DNA of 64,000 nucleotides, from assembly GCA_973895155.1 (NCBI GenBank), contig OZ316894.1, positions 13,184,828 through 13,248,827 of the forward strand, written 5' to 3'. Positions 24,400 through 37,481 of the stretch are shown here, piece by piece. Both the position numbers and the translations under genes were made by a program. This DNA comes from Marsupella aquatica (Eukaryota; Plantae; Marchantiophyta). The notes under the pieces were generated by a model. The model searched no databases. It had not been told where the DNA came from and saw nothing but the letters and a program-made list of their open reading frames with translations. How positions within the stretch are numbered: the stretch's first letter is position 1; each line of letters begins with the position of its first letter.

Positions 24400-27184
24400 T
24401 CATTCAGTGTCACAATCCATATACGATTAAGCCTTTCCCAATCAGAGCCTTTAGGTCGCAGCATCTCATACATCCTCAGATTTGTTGTGGTAAATCTCCT
24501 CATTTCAATCTCAGTATCATTCCATTTCCACAGTCGAGCAACAGCACCAGATTCCCGGTCCCCAACAGTAGAGCAGCATATCACACTATATAAAGAAATG
24601 CAATGCGTCCTGGCAATAGAGGAAAGTCCTCTCATCCTATGCAGTCTTCCAGAGATGTCTTTCCAGTTCCAGTTCCAATTCCTAGTAGACCACAGATCCT
24701 CCAGTCTTCTCATCCCCAAACTCCCAAACGCTCTAATAATTTCCATGAGGCATTCTTCAGGTAAATCATAGAACCCCTGCATACTCCTTACCAAGTCTTC
24801 GAAACCCCAGTGCCCAGGTATGGCTCCCCCGCCTGGGCAATAGATCAGATGTTCTCTCGCCATCTCCCATGCACTCCAAAGTTTCCCTGTATAAACAAGT
24901 TTCCCAAAGTGCCTAGGAGTGCTCAATAGTAATTTGTCACTCAAAGAGTACAGACTTCTTCTCACCGTCTTGTAGTTACGCCATTTGGTTAGCCTGAGAT
25001 TCTCTGCGTACATTAGCGCCCACTCAGAGCTAGGATCATCTAATGCACCTGTGAACCATTTGCATAAAAGCGCATCAGAGTGACTCCGAAAGTCCTTGAG
25101 TCCAAGTCCACCTTCCAGCTTTGGTCTTGTCAGCTTATCCCACGCCACCAGAGGGATCCTCCTCCCTCCTTGCAGATTCGTTCCCCATAGGAAAGTCCTA
25201 TTAAGTTTTGTCAACTTCTTCGCTAATACCTGAGAAGATCGAATAAACATCATATGGTAGATAGGAATTGCCTGTAAAACATGTTTGATTAGCATCAGCC
25301 TTCCTGTAAATGATAGAAAACATGACGACCAGGATGACAGTCGTGCACTAATTCTATCGAGACAGAAATTGTGTAGTTGTGTCTCTAGAATTTCTACTCC
25401 AAAGGGGGCACCCAAATATTTCTGTATCTCTCCAGTTTTGCTTATTCGACATCCAATGTCTCTGAGCCAGTCAGGGATCACATCCAGAGCAAAGGGGATA
25501 ATAATTGATTTTTTCAAATTCAATTTGGCTCCAGTAGCACATTCATAGCAGTGGATAGCATTTTTGGCTTGTTCAAAAGCTATGGCAGTGGCAGGAATAA
25601 ACATCCCTAAATCATCCGCAAATAATCTGAAGCAAATAGATAGAGATGAATTGATTCTCAGACCCTGAAGCCTTCCAGCTGCTATCTCTGCATTACAGAA
25701 ATCCATGAAAGGTTGAGTGGAGATGGCAAACAGCAGAGGAGAGAGGGGGCATCCTTGCCTCACACCACATCTCATCCTGATATCTTCTGTCCACAAACCA
25801 TTCACCAGCGCTTTGGAACATCCGTCGCTCAATAGAGATCGAACTAAAAAGATGAAATGAGATCCTATTCCAAGCAAGTTCATGGTTTCCCAGATGTAAG
25901 AGTGGTCTACCCTGTCAAATGCTTTTTCAAAGTCTAGTTGCAGGAATAGAGAAGGAGTCTGTGTGAGGTTAATCCAGTCACTAGCAAGCCAGGTAAGGGA
26001 GATGTTTTCTAATATGTGCCTTCCGGTATGAAGCCTGTTTGTTGTGGACTAATCATTTTTGGTAGATGAATCTTCAGCCTCAAGGCAAGAAGCTTTGCCA
26101 TGATCTTATAGGTGGTTGTCAGCATCGTGAGCCCTCTCCAATCTCCCAGTCTTCTTTTATCTGTCTTCTTTGGGATAAAGCGAATTACTCCATCCTTGAT
26201 CCCAAAAGCCATGTGCCCTGACCGCCAAAATTCACATGTCATCTCATAGAATCCGTCCTTCATGAAGTCCCAACAGCTCCGTAGCACCTCAGCAGTGATG
26301 CCGTCAATCCCAGGGGCCTTGTCGCTAGGAAGGGAAAGTAGTGTATCATGCAGTTCTTGCATAGTGGGTAGCTTCTCGAGTCTGTGAAGCTCAGAAGCGG
26401 AAAGAGCAAAGTGGGTGTGCTGACATAACTTCCTTCTAGCCTCCAGCATCTCTCTGCATACCTCATTCAAAGTAAACGTTGGAGTGTAGAGCATTTCGCA
26501 GTGTCTCTGCACTTCTTTTATTACCAGATTTTCTTCCGTAATCTCTTCTCCGTCTTCTCCTATAAGATATTCCATATTTTCTCTGGCACGTTTTGCTTTT
26601 ACCATTGCAAAAAAGAATTTCAAGGGTTCATCGCCCTGTCCAAGCCAGTTTATTCTAGCGAGCCTCCGATGATGGTGAGCATCTTCCATCTCCATTTCTC
26701 TGACCCCCTGTTCAGTGTTAGTAAAGTCGAGAATCGTGTCTTCCGTGTATTCATCCATAATTGCCATTTTCAGAAGACAGAGTTTAGCCCTTAGTCGGTG
26801 CATCTCTTCTTCCCTAGGTACAGGGGAGTATTGTAGCTCCATGTAACACCGTCTAACCCTTTGCATAGCATCTGCAAATCTCAGATGAGGATCCATTGAT
26901 CCTCCATCGCCAGCGCCCCATGCTTCTTTGAGTGCTTCCACGTTTTCCCTTTTCCTGAGAATAGTCGGGTTCGCTTTAAAGTATGTAGCTCTGCGAACGT
27001 CAGTAGGCATTGAATGTCTCGGTGTCATCCTAAACGTGAGGATGATCAGATCGTGATCAGATAGAGCAGATGAACCATCGTGCCTTAGCTCGATCACCTC
27101 GTCCAACCACTCCCTAAAAACTACATGTATCCTCCCTCCTTTACCCTCCCTACCCAATCCCATTCCTTTTCCACCTATTTGAAG

Positions 27185-27719
27185 CGCTCATAATATTTTG
27201 GGAAACATCTTGCACAACCCCTAAAGCCGCAAACTTGTCGCTAACTTTGCGATACCAAAATGCTTGCAACTTTCCATCAGGAACTCATCGCAACCTTCCG
27301 AACATAAACGGTTCTCAAATTTGCAAAACACAAATGTTCACAAACTGAGACCCTTGACAAGCATAGTCTTTGCAAGACTACCGGCGTCGCAAATTAGCCA
27401 TATCGTTAATATTGCTCATTTGTGAGACTTTTGTAATCGCAACCCAATTTGAGATATTCATGGATTTGCAAATTGTTGTAAGCCAGTCACATCGCAAAGG
27501 ATTTGCGAAGCGAAAAAGATCTCTAAAGCGGTCAATGGTTATTGTTTCAAAAACATATTGCAATAGATGAGGTTTTGGAAATGATTGCAAAGGTTTAAAG
27601 ATTGCAATGTTATTTTGCAATGGGTTTGGCGTCGGTAAGTGCGATGCGTATTGTATCGCAATTGTAGCTTTCTTCCTCTTGTAAAACGCCTTTGCAAAAT
27701 TGGCAAATATGTAGTAGTG
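27185..27719. mobile_element. Probable right end of a CACTA-type element
   Basis: Ends ...ATATGTAGTAGTG (CACTACTACATAT on the minus strand) after many short TTGC(A/G)A subterminal motifs; no partner end was found. Confidence 0.5.
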
Positions 27720-28214
27720 AGGGAGTGCTCTATGCTTTGGGGATGGGCCAACTGCCCTGGGCCCTCAGCTTACGTAATCCCGAAAACACGTGCACCCGCT
27801 TGAAGGGTATTTTTAATCCATTTCTTGCTAATAATTATAATTCGGGGTAGCAAGGATCATCAGTTATCAGTTTTTTTGCCAATTTTTTTTGAATCTCAAC
27901 TGAGCAACTGAGATGACAACTTTGCACTTCCACGCATCTCAGCTAGGTAGCTAAGATTGACTCAATCTCAGCTGACCTCGCCAAGATCGGCGTGCGGACA
28001 AAAAAACAGGGAAAAAAAATTAAAAATTATTTTCTTGAAAATTTCAAAACAAAAATAAAATTGAAAAACAAATTCGCCAAAATTTGGTGTCCGTACCGTA
28101 CGAACACTTGGCCATCTCGGCTGACCCTGCTGAGAAGTGATGTCCGTACGGTACAGACACCCATAGTGAAAAAACATTGGAACATAGTGTCCCAAGTGAG
28201 TCACTCTATTCCTT

Positions 28215-30595
28215 GGAATTTGTTTTCTTTATAAATAAACCGTGGAACCTCACGGAAAAGGGGAAACAAGCAGCCCAGCGAGGGCATCAAAAGCACATAA
28301 CAAACCAAATGCAGCCTAGGGTAGATCCCCTAGGCACCACATCACACCGTCCCACACATCACACCGCCCCACACAGGGGGAAGCCCCCCAAGCACGGGGG
28401 CCAAAAGCCAGCCACCAGCCAGGAAGCATAAGCCCGCCTCAAAGATCAACAATAAAGCCACTACGGTGAGAACCCAACCAACACCTACGCTGGGAAGCAA
28501 TCCAGTCCCTAGCCGCGAACAGACGCAACTGTGTCCTACCAAAGGGAAGTCCCCTACCCATCGCATAAAGATCGATTGCCACCTCAGACAGCACAAGCCC
28601 GCAGTCAAAGGTCCTTACAGCCCCCACGCAGAACATATGCTCATTCCTAGCCCTCCAGAGCAACCACAGAACCTGATAAATGACAAACAGCTTGACACAA
28701 TGAATGGGGTCCTTTCCCACCGCATCATCCAAAAGAGCAATTAAACCCTCGCTAACAGGCAGGCAGAGTGACGGCACTGTCAGTAGACACCACTGCCAGC
28801 AGCGCACGGCAAATCTACAACCAAAGAACAGGTGCGGAATAGACTCCAACTGCCCTCCACACAACTTACAATCGCCATTGCTGACATCAATCCTGAGTGC
28901 CCGCTCGCATGTGAACAGACCACCCACAATAATCCTCCATAGGAAGGTCTTGGCACGAACCGAAAGATCAGATCTCCATAGTCGCATCCACCCAGCATTC
29001 CATTCCAGCTCCGACTAATTGGACACTGACCAGATGCAATTCAGGCGGGCAGTAAGTGAAAGCTTGGGCCTAAGGAAGTCATATATCCTACAATTAGCAA
29101 TTTTGAAGTCTTTCAAAACCCTGTCATTATCTGCCCACCGCCACTGTTTAGCCGTGGATACCCTGTCAAGACCGCACGAGTGTAAGCTCCATATTTTCAT
29201 CAGGAATTTTATGGCCAGCCCTCTGTGAATCCCCTCAGATGGTGCCAGCGTAGTGGAAGGTCCTTCCAGCAGCTTCCTTCCTCGCACCAGCCATCCCTTA
29301 TGACTCTAATACCCAGTCTCCCACAGATCGTTGCAATCCCTGTGATCTCCAGGTTTGGCAGACAGTTGAATTCTACTAGGCAGCGCAGGGTATCCTGAAT
29401 ACTCCAGCGTCCCGGGATCCCTCCCTCACCAGGGACAAAAGAGAGATGTGCTCTCACCAAGGCCCACGACTTCCAGAGCCCTGAAGTATAAGGAAGGCCT
29501 CCGCCAGTTCTCGGTGTGCAGAGGAACAACCTATCCAGGAAGGAATATTTGTTCCTGCGGATAATCTTATAATTTGTCCATCCCATAAGCTCCAAATTAG
29601 CAGCCAGCATTTGGGACCATTCTGTTTCTGGGGAGTTGAGTGCCTTGATGAACCACTGCGCGAGTAAAGCTTCCGAGTGACTCTTGAATTCTTTGAACCC
29701 CAGTCCACCCTCTACCTTGGGGAGAGTCAGCTTGGACCATGCCACAAGCGGGATCTTCTTCCCCTCAGCCGGATTATAGCCCCACAGAAAGTCTTGGCTG
29801 AGAGCAATAAGTTTCTTGGTAAGGCCAGCCGAAGCCTTAAAATGCATGACATGATAAATCGGGATGGCTTGCAACACATGCTTGACTAACAATGAGCGAC
29901 CAGTGAAAGACAGAAGCTTGTTGGTCCAGGAAGACAGACGAGCGACCACCTTATCCAGACAAAATTTATGGAGCTGCTCCGTATTCAAACCACTCCCTAG
30001 AGGAGCCCCCAAATACTTTTGCACTTCACCTGGCCCACTCACCAAACATTCAGAATCTGTGAGCCACCCAGGGATGCGTTCAAGGGCCAAAGGGATCACT
30101 ATTGACTTCCTAAAGTTCAGTCAAGCTCCAGCTGCCGTCTCATAACATGCCAGGGCCGCCTGGGCCTGTAATAAAGCAGTCTCCTTGGCAGGGATGAAAA
30201 TCCCCACGTCGTCCGCAAATAGTTGGTAGCACATAGAAAATCCCTCTGAAATTTGAATGTCGCTGAGTCTACCTGCCGTCATCTCCGCCTCCATAAAATC
30301 CATAAGCGGTTGAGTGGAGATAACAAAAAGCAAAGGGGAAAGTGGGCAGCCCTCTCTGACTCCACGTCTGAGTTCAATTGGACCTGCGCAGCAACCATTC
30401 ACAAGAATAGTCGAAGAAGCCAGTGACAACAATGCTCTCACTAGTTTGATGAAGTGCCTGCTAATTCCTAGCAATTGCATCGTCTCCCAAATATATTCAT
30501 GGTTTACTCTATCGAATGCTTTTCCAAAGTCCAGTTTCAAGAAAAGGGACGGTTGGAGGAACTGATGAGCTATCCATTGAACTGACGGAGCTAAG
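28215..30595 (-). mobile_element. 5'-truncated L1-clade LINE (RT to zf-RVT, 3' UTR)
   Basis: KLDFGKAFDRV, REGCPLSPLLF, FADD, KYLG and CKLC...ESIPHLFFGC in ORFs 30121-30540, 29209-30099 and 28439-28987. Boundaries are approximate and no TSD was seen. Confidence 0.88.
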
Positions 30596-31711
30596 TAAGT
30601 GTGCTGGCTGTACTCGAATCTGGAGGAGGGGAAGTTAGGATGATTGCTGGATGCTAAAGTAGATTACTCCCTATTTTGGGAGTGCAACTATCGTGGTAAG
30701 AAGTAAAATTGAATTCTGTGTGACTCAGAGAAGGAAGGAAATCTGGAACCTATTAGGGTTGGGAAGCAAGGAAAGAAGGGTGAGGAAGACGGAGGACCAC
30801 TGTTCCATCGATAATCTTTGCACTGGATTCGTGGTTTACATAAGGCAAGTTAATTCGGAGTAGCTAGCGCATTAGGAGAGGATCTTGATTACACCCCGGA
30901 GTGTAATAAGTGATTAGAAGGAGCGAACACAACTATTGCTGATAAAGATTCAAGTAAGCAATCGACCTAGGAAGACATCATATCAGGCGGGTGGTGCAAA
31001 GAAGAAGGGATTACTCATACAGGAAGATTAATGGATCGGGGAGGACGGTAGGAGTACCCTGGTAAAAGGTGGTGAAGACTTTTGGAGTCTTGGGACTCGT
31101 GACTTAGGGAGATTACAAGATAAGCACATTACCTCTATTAGTGGTTGGCGAACACAGTGATCGTCAGTAAACTTAGCAAAAGGTGTCGAGCAAAGGAAGG
31201 AACGGACCCGGGTATCTTACTTAAGGAAATTTATGCTTGGGAGATGATATGACGAAGTGAGTGGTATCATTACACAGCTGGAACCCTCACGACGGATGAG
31301 CAAAGTATTGGGTTTAGAATTATTCTGGTGAGCATCAAATGCTTTAACTCTTGTATTACACTGAATCACACTTACTTCTTCTGTAAATTGATCGCTAGGC
31401 AGTAATTTGATCAAGATTAGAGGAAGACTTGGTGTTACGAAGGAAGGAGGGAAGTGTTGGAAACAAACATGTCGCATAATCAACATTGGGTTGGACTTGG
31501 GGGCCGCGGAAGGGGCCCGGCATTGCCACACTCCGGAACTGACAAGATTGGAGAGGAGGGCAGCAACCGGCATTGGGCTTATACTGGTGGTAGATCTGAC
31601 GGGAATGCTGGTTCGAGGGGAGGCACGGCTGATGCCCGGGATTTGGAATCTCAAACAGTGCGGGAGGTTCCTAGCCAGGATGCTTGAGCCGCTTCCTGTT
31701 CGCGACCTACT

Positions 31712-33656
31712 TTGATACACTCTGCTGGACGAGGAAGATCTGATGAAAAAATACAGAGTTGGTATGGACTCAAATCTTCTGGAATGGAGAGAGATGGATT
31801 TACAAGGTGGGACTCTCAACGTTCGCGAGATAATTGTGAAATGGATGTGCTGGAAGACAGGATGGATGAGCCTACTTTGGAAAAATTTCAGGATGACATC
31901 GGTGACCGCTGTGAGCTTGAGCCTAGAAATTCTGGGGATGGTCGCCACAAGGGACTGGTCCACGAGGAGGCTGAACTGGCACAGCGAATGGTTGGCGCTG
32001 CAAAAGAGAAAGAGATTGCTGCTTGTATCTCGATTCTTAGAAGGATCTCTGATCTTTCTATTCAAGAATGGCCCTTGAAGCTACATACCAAGATTCAGTG
32101 GTCGTTGGAGGAGGCAGCGGAGACCGTCACGGAACTCTTCAATTGCACAATGATGTGTTATTTCACTGACAGAGCCCCCATGCTTCCGACCTTTAAATTA
32201 TGGGTGAACAAGATGTTTGTGAATGAAATGAATTGGCCGGTTTCCCAAGTTAAATTTGTGGGGAAAAGTTTCCACATGGTCACTTTCAGAGACCCTGCAC
32301 AGTGAGACTTTGCTTTGGCTGGCGCCTCGTGGTTCCTAGATAGGAAGTTCGTATTCACCTTCCCCTGGGATCCGTCCTTTGTCATCAGGAGCGAATCCTA
32401 TACAATGCTGCCAGTTTGGATTGAAATTCCTTTTCGAGCATTAATCTTGGAGCCCTATCGGAGGAAGCTGGCGGCTTCCTTGGGAGACATATTACACTAT
32501 ATCCAAGGTGATGACCTCAGCTCTTACCCGCACGATAGAGCTTGTGTGCTTTGGGATACGCAGAGAGAAGTGCCACAGAGTGGAAGTAGGGATTCAGGAT
32601 GGCCTATCAATTTGGCAACCAGTGACATTCAAAAATATCCCATTCCATTGCTTCAAATGCGGCAAAAAGGGGCACTTGGCTCGAGAGTGCAGGGCAGCAG
32701 AAGATTCGGAGCCAGTAGGCCCCCCTATATCTACAACGGACAACATCCCCGTTGCCGTGAATACTGAAGTTCCTCTTGCTGAGGCTGATACTCTTGGTGA
32801 CTTGCCTCCAACTGTCACTCCTACGATGGCTACAGAAGTGGCCTCAAAAACGATAAATCAAGATGTGCCCTCGCCCATTATCCCTGTTGAGAATGCCGAT
32901 GTTGTAAAGGAGGCCCCAATTATTCTACTCCCACTAAGTTACATGCTTCCGGCTGTGGAAATAAGGGAACAACCGATACTTTTTGGGCAGGTGACGGTGG
33001 ATGAGGTGAACCCACGTCCGGTAACAACTAATAGAGAATGGGGAATGACAGGAGAAGTGGATCACCCTGGAGAACACACGACATTGGTCATTTTGCTTCA
33101 GGGCGAAATCCCTCGGGCCATACAGGATTTGCAAGCTACGGTCATCCCACTGATTACCACTACCACGGAAGGGAGCAGTGTAATGGTGAATGAATTTGTG
33201 ACTGAAGATCCAACTACAATCACTGAAGCAGGAGAACCGGCCCTTACCTCGGAGGATGGAGACAGAGAACCTATCTCGGCTTCTGAACCACCTTCAGAAA
33301 TGGAGCTATCTGAATTCGAGGGATTTATCGCACGGACGGAACTTAAGAGAGAACGTACCCGGAAGTTGGCGAGACGATCTCCCCCTGAAGAAAAAAAGAA
33401 AGAAAAGGGGAAAAAAAAGGCTAGGAACCAGCGTTCCTTACACTTTGTTTCTGTTGCAAAGGTGCAGGATGCTGAAGGATGGTCTACCCCTGGGAAGAAA
33501 CTGAAAGGTGATCCGCGAAAGAGCTCGGAGGGAGCTGCGGCTCTTCAGATGGCCAAAACGCTGGCGCATGGGAAATCACCACTGGTAACTAATGGGAAAG
33601 TACTTGGGGATCCGGAGGCGAATTGCCCTGGGGCTGACCTGGGAACCCCACTCTGA
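31712..33656 (+). pseudogene. LINE ORF1 (DUF4283-like region plus CCHC knuckle)
   Basis: WFLDRKFVFTFPWDP, PVWIEIP and CFKCGKKGHLAREC; one stop and one frameshift; start position uncertain. Confidence 0.8.
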
Positions 33657-33721
33657 GGTGGAGTGCGAATATGGGCTCCACCTTGAGAGGTTGTGAGCAG
33701 GAGTGGTAAAGTGGATTTCTA

Positions 33722-34365
33722 ATGAAGAATTTACAATATGCTTCATGGAATGTGTGTGGATTATGCAGCCCGGACCGCAAGAATGTGGTGGTTAAGTGGG
33801 TCTCATCGCTGCGGCCGCCGATTGACTTTTTAGCTCTACAGGAAATAAAAGCTGAGGCTTTTAGGCTTGACATTGCCCTTAGATTAATTCTTCCATCTTT
33901 TCAATACTTCTATTCGCCTCCAGATGAGGGAAGAGGAGGCGCAGCTCTTTTGATTCACCCAGCTTTTGTAGTGCTGGCATCTGGAATTTTTGATAGAGGC
34001 CGGGCAGTTTGGACGAAGATACAATCAGAGGAAGGAAACTTTGGACTCATCAGTATCTATGCTCCCAACTCGATTAGTGAACGTGTCCTGTTGTGGAACG
34101 AATTGCTGCACACATTGCCACAGGAGAAATGGATAATTGTTGGAGACTTCAATATGATGGAGCAACAGGGTGACTCCTCCGGTTCATCTCCCAGAATTAG
34201 GGGTTGGGAGCTTGATACTTGGCGATTACTGAAACTGCGCTTTGACTTACAGGATGCAAAGGGCATTCTGGGGCACGCCACGGGCTCTAACTTTACATGG
34301 AGAAGGGTGAGAAATGGTAGACTAATACAGTCCCGGCTTGATAGATTCTATTTAAGCAAAAAGGG
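33722..34365 (+). pseudogene. LINE ORF2 APE-type endonuclease, truncated at an inversion breakpoint
   Basis: SWNVCGL, LALQE, SIYAPN, GDFN, FTW, SRLDRFYL; the terminal SDH motif is missing here and is found at ~27060 on the opposite strand. Confidence 0.92.
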
Positions 34366-35734
34366 CCAGAGGGACAATGAAAAGAAGGAGGAGGAAGGGA
34401 ATGGGGCTAGGAGGGACAAGGAAAGGAGTGATCTAGGAGGGAGGATATAGGTTTAGGGGGCACAAGGAATGAGGGAGGAGGAAGGGTATGTACATATAGT
34501 TTTAGGGAGGGTTTTGATTTAGGGAGGGAAAATAAAAAGAAAGGAGGAGGAATTGTATCTATGTATAGTTTTAGGGGGTATAGCAATGGAGACAGGAAAC
34601 AGGAAACAATTTTCCTGTTACCAGATAATTTCTTGTGGTAGTAGGAAATTGTTATTGTAAAGGTGTACTCTTTGGCAAAGTTTTTCAAAAATTCACGTAA
34701 GGAACAACCACATACTGAAGCTGAAAATATTCCTACTGGCATAAGACGCGACGTCAGATATAAGTGAAAGGTGTGCTCACAATTGCTCAGAGAGGTTCCA
34801 ATCCCTTGTCACTTGCTCAGATTATAGATAAAAAAGGGTTGTCATTCAATGCACTGCTGTTTAGATACAACATCATTTCTAAACAGTCCACTTTGGAATA
34901 CTTCATTTAGTTCATATACTTCATTAGTGTGTTTTTTAAAAAGCCAAACCATAAAACCCATGGAGGAATGGAGTATGCTCAGGCGGGACCCACCACAAAG
35001 CCAGTTATAGTCTGAATTAAGTCATTGGAAACATAGGGTTCTGTCAGGCAGAGTGTGAAACTAGTGCTAGGCGCTAACAAAGGATAAAGTATGCAGAATA
35101 TAGCTACAATACTCAAAGCTTACGGGACCATCTAATGACACTAACCAGATAAAATCAAATTTTTATAAATAAGTTATTGACCAGCGCCCGACGCTAACCA
35201 AAACCACATTAAAAACTAGAGTAATATCCGTTGACTAAAGACAAAACAACATAGTATCCGTTATGGAACACGATAGTTAAGGAAAAATCGCAACCCTCTA
35301 TAAATCATTTGCGTTCTGCCTCTCCAACACAAGTCTGACTTCTGCAACTATCAAAATGGGCTGGCTACACAGGGTAGACTCCTCTACATGAAACTTGAAG
35401 ACATTTATGAACACCTAGTACAAATGTTTACAGGGCATATATGGCTTGCCGCGGGAATGACGATGGAAGAAATCCTCACAGGAACAAGTAGGGAAGATGC
35501 ACATCTGGACAAAGTAAGTGTTTGGGGATTGAAGGTTCTCGTGAGTTCGTATTCTGAATTGTTTTCCAAAAGCAATTCCACTAATCACATCCCACTCTCC
35601 ATCCAGAGTCATAGCTTCTTTTCGAGATGACTCCATTCGTTTACTGTGAGCCACAATTACATTAGAGCGAGGTCTACAGTTCCTCCCATTCCTGCTACGA
35701 AGGCGCACGTTGGGTGTAATACAGTACATTAGTT

Positions 35735-37481
35735 AGAAATGATAGAAGATAGAAAATTATAAATTTTGAACTTTTTCTAACTCAATGGTGCAGTATAGTT
35801 ACCTTTTGTAGCAATTTAGATTAACTGAACACTTTACCTAATGTCATGCTACATCGGAGACTACTTCCTGTTCTGGATCTTGAACGACAGCGGAAGTCTT
35901 TATCTTTCTATCGGCATCACACTCAAGACATGGATGTAATTCAAGAAGCTATACAAGAGAATACCTACACAAGAGTTCAGCAACCAGATCAGACAGCACT
36001 ACTCCAACAAGATTAGTTCTCCTACGACAATAGTAAAGACCAGCCGATCTCCACACTTTTAATTAAATAGTTAAAGTAGTTGGAAAAGTCTCATACTTTT
36101 TCAGGAGATAGCCCTTATGTAGCAGACCATACCCTGAAAGTATCAGCTTAAACCGATATTTAGTTTAGAAGTTATAGCATTTTTAGTTTTGCTTAAGCGT
36201 AATTGCGCAAAGGCGCAACGGCGCTACTACTCCAAAGCGCAAGAGCGCAAAGGCGCTTCCGACACTTAGAAAATTTTCCGGAAAAGTGTATTTTATATCC
36301 GACAGCACTTTTCACCTATTTTATTAAGGCACTTAGCCACCTCAGAAAAGTCTAACATTTTTCCAGCATGAAATGTATATGTAATTATTCCACCTAAAAA
36401 CGTTTCACTTCATTCTGACCTTTATGTTAGAAATTAAAATTCAGACAAAGTTGATATTTTTTAGTTTTACCGCAAAAGTGCAAAAAACACTTTTACTCCA
36501 GTTTACACTAGGGATAACTTTTGGTTAGTTTTTGATTCCAGGAACATTCTAGTGAACCTTGAGTACTCTTATAGCATATTTTTATACTTTTTACTTTAGT
36601 TTATGACTCTTAAGATATGAAAGGGTATGTCCTTTCATTATCTCTTTTCCCTTTAGCTCCTTCTAGCCTATATGTAGTAGACTTTATGTCACTTTTTGTG
36701 TGAAGAAATTTCATGAGCGCTCAGTTGCAAAAATTGCAACTTTGTTACCTCCATTTGTAGCAAGTACTCTATGTTGTTGATGAGTACAAAATATAGAGGA
36801 TTTCTTCCCCTTCCTTGTGTTTGAATGTCGAGATTTCATACCAGAGAAGTAAAACTTTGTGATTGATGAATCTTTTGAATGTGTGAAGATAGATTCCTTA
36901 ATTGGTGAAGGCTATACATTCTTGAATTCTTGATGCATATGTTTTTGGCATAACATTACTTGTGCACGAGGTGCAAAGAATGTTATCACCCAATTACCTA
37001 TGACTTTAAGTTGATGATGGTGCTTGATATTCGTGACTCAAAGTACCGATTGGATGCTGAAGTGATTGGTTGTTAATCCTAACTTAGTACCTTGGAAGGA
37101 AAGGTTGAGATGTGTTGACGGCACTTTAATAAACCATCCTAGTAAAGCATTCCATTCCATAAATGTCCTTGCAGATTTCTCACCTTAAATCATCTCAAAT
37201 TAAGTGTTGTTGAGAAGTTACCTTGGTATTTTCCAGACTCCCTCACCATACCTCAAGATTTTTATTATGTTTTATTAATTGTTTCTATTTGTTAATTTTA
37301 TTTACAATGTTAAGCAAACATTCAAAACTATGCCTTGCTGAGCAACCATAGTAAAAGGCTCAACCTTTGTGTTTTGTTACTTAAGTCATTCATAAGTGCT
37401 AAATCATAGAAAATCATTCCTTACATGTTCTTCCATGGGAACAAATACCGAGTTTTGGATCTTAAATGTTTATTTATGTCC
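35735..37481. other. AT-rich insertion in the transposase 3' region, containing a Copia-LTR-like segment (35869-36357)
   Basis: Separates two coding blocks, with TAGT on both sides. The inner segment is bounded by TGTTCTGG...TCTAACA but has no matching TSD. Confidence 0.35.

Larger units (their letters stand above)
19491..27111 (-). mobile_element. L1-clade LINE, 3' part (end of endonuclease, RT, zf-RVT, 3' UTR, poly-A), interrupted by a MULE
   Basis: LSDH, KAPGIDG, RQGCPLSPLLF, FADD, KYLG and CTMC...HLFWQC in ORFs 26009-27163, 24372-25883 and 19874-20344; T-rich tail at ~19491-19510. Confidence 0.93.

Noticed and set aside
27721-28206. Possible MITE with GAGTG...CACTC ends
   Set aside because: The inverted match is too short and there is no convincing TSD.
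31217-32065. 282-codon minus-strand ORF and many other antisense ORFs in the track
   Set aside because: They are shadow frames of purine-biased or GC-rich TE sequence with no recognisable motifs.
27112-34365. Twin-priming origin of the inverted LINE 5' half
   Set aside because: No TSD links 19470-19490 with 34366 onward, and the block includes flanking repeat sequence and other elements.
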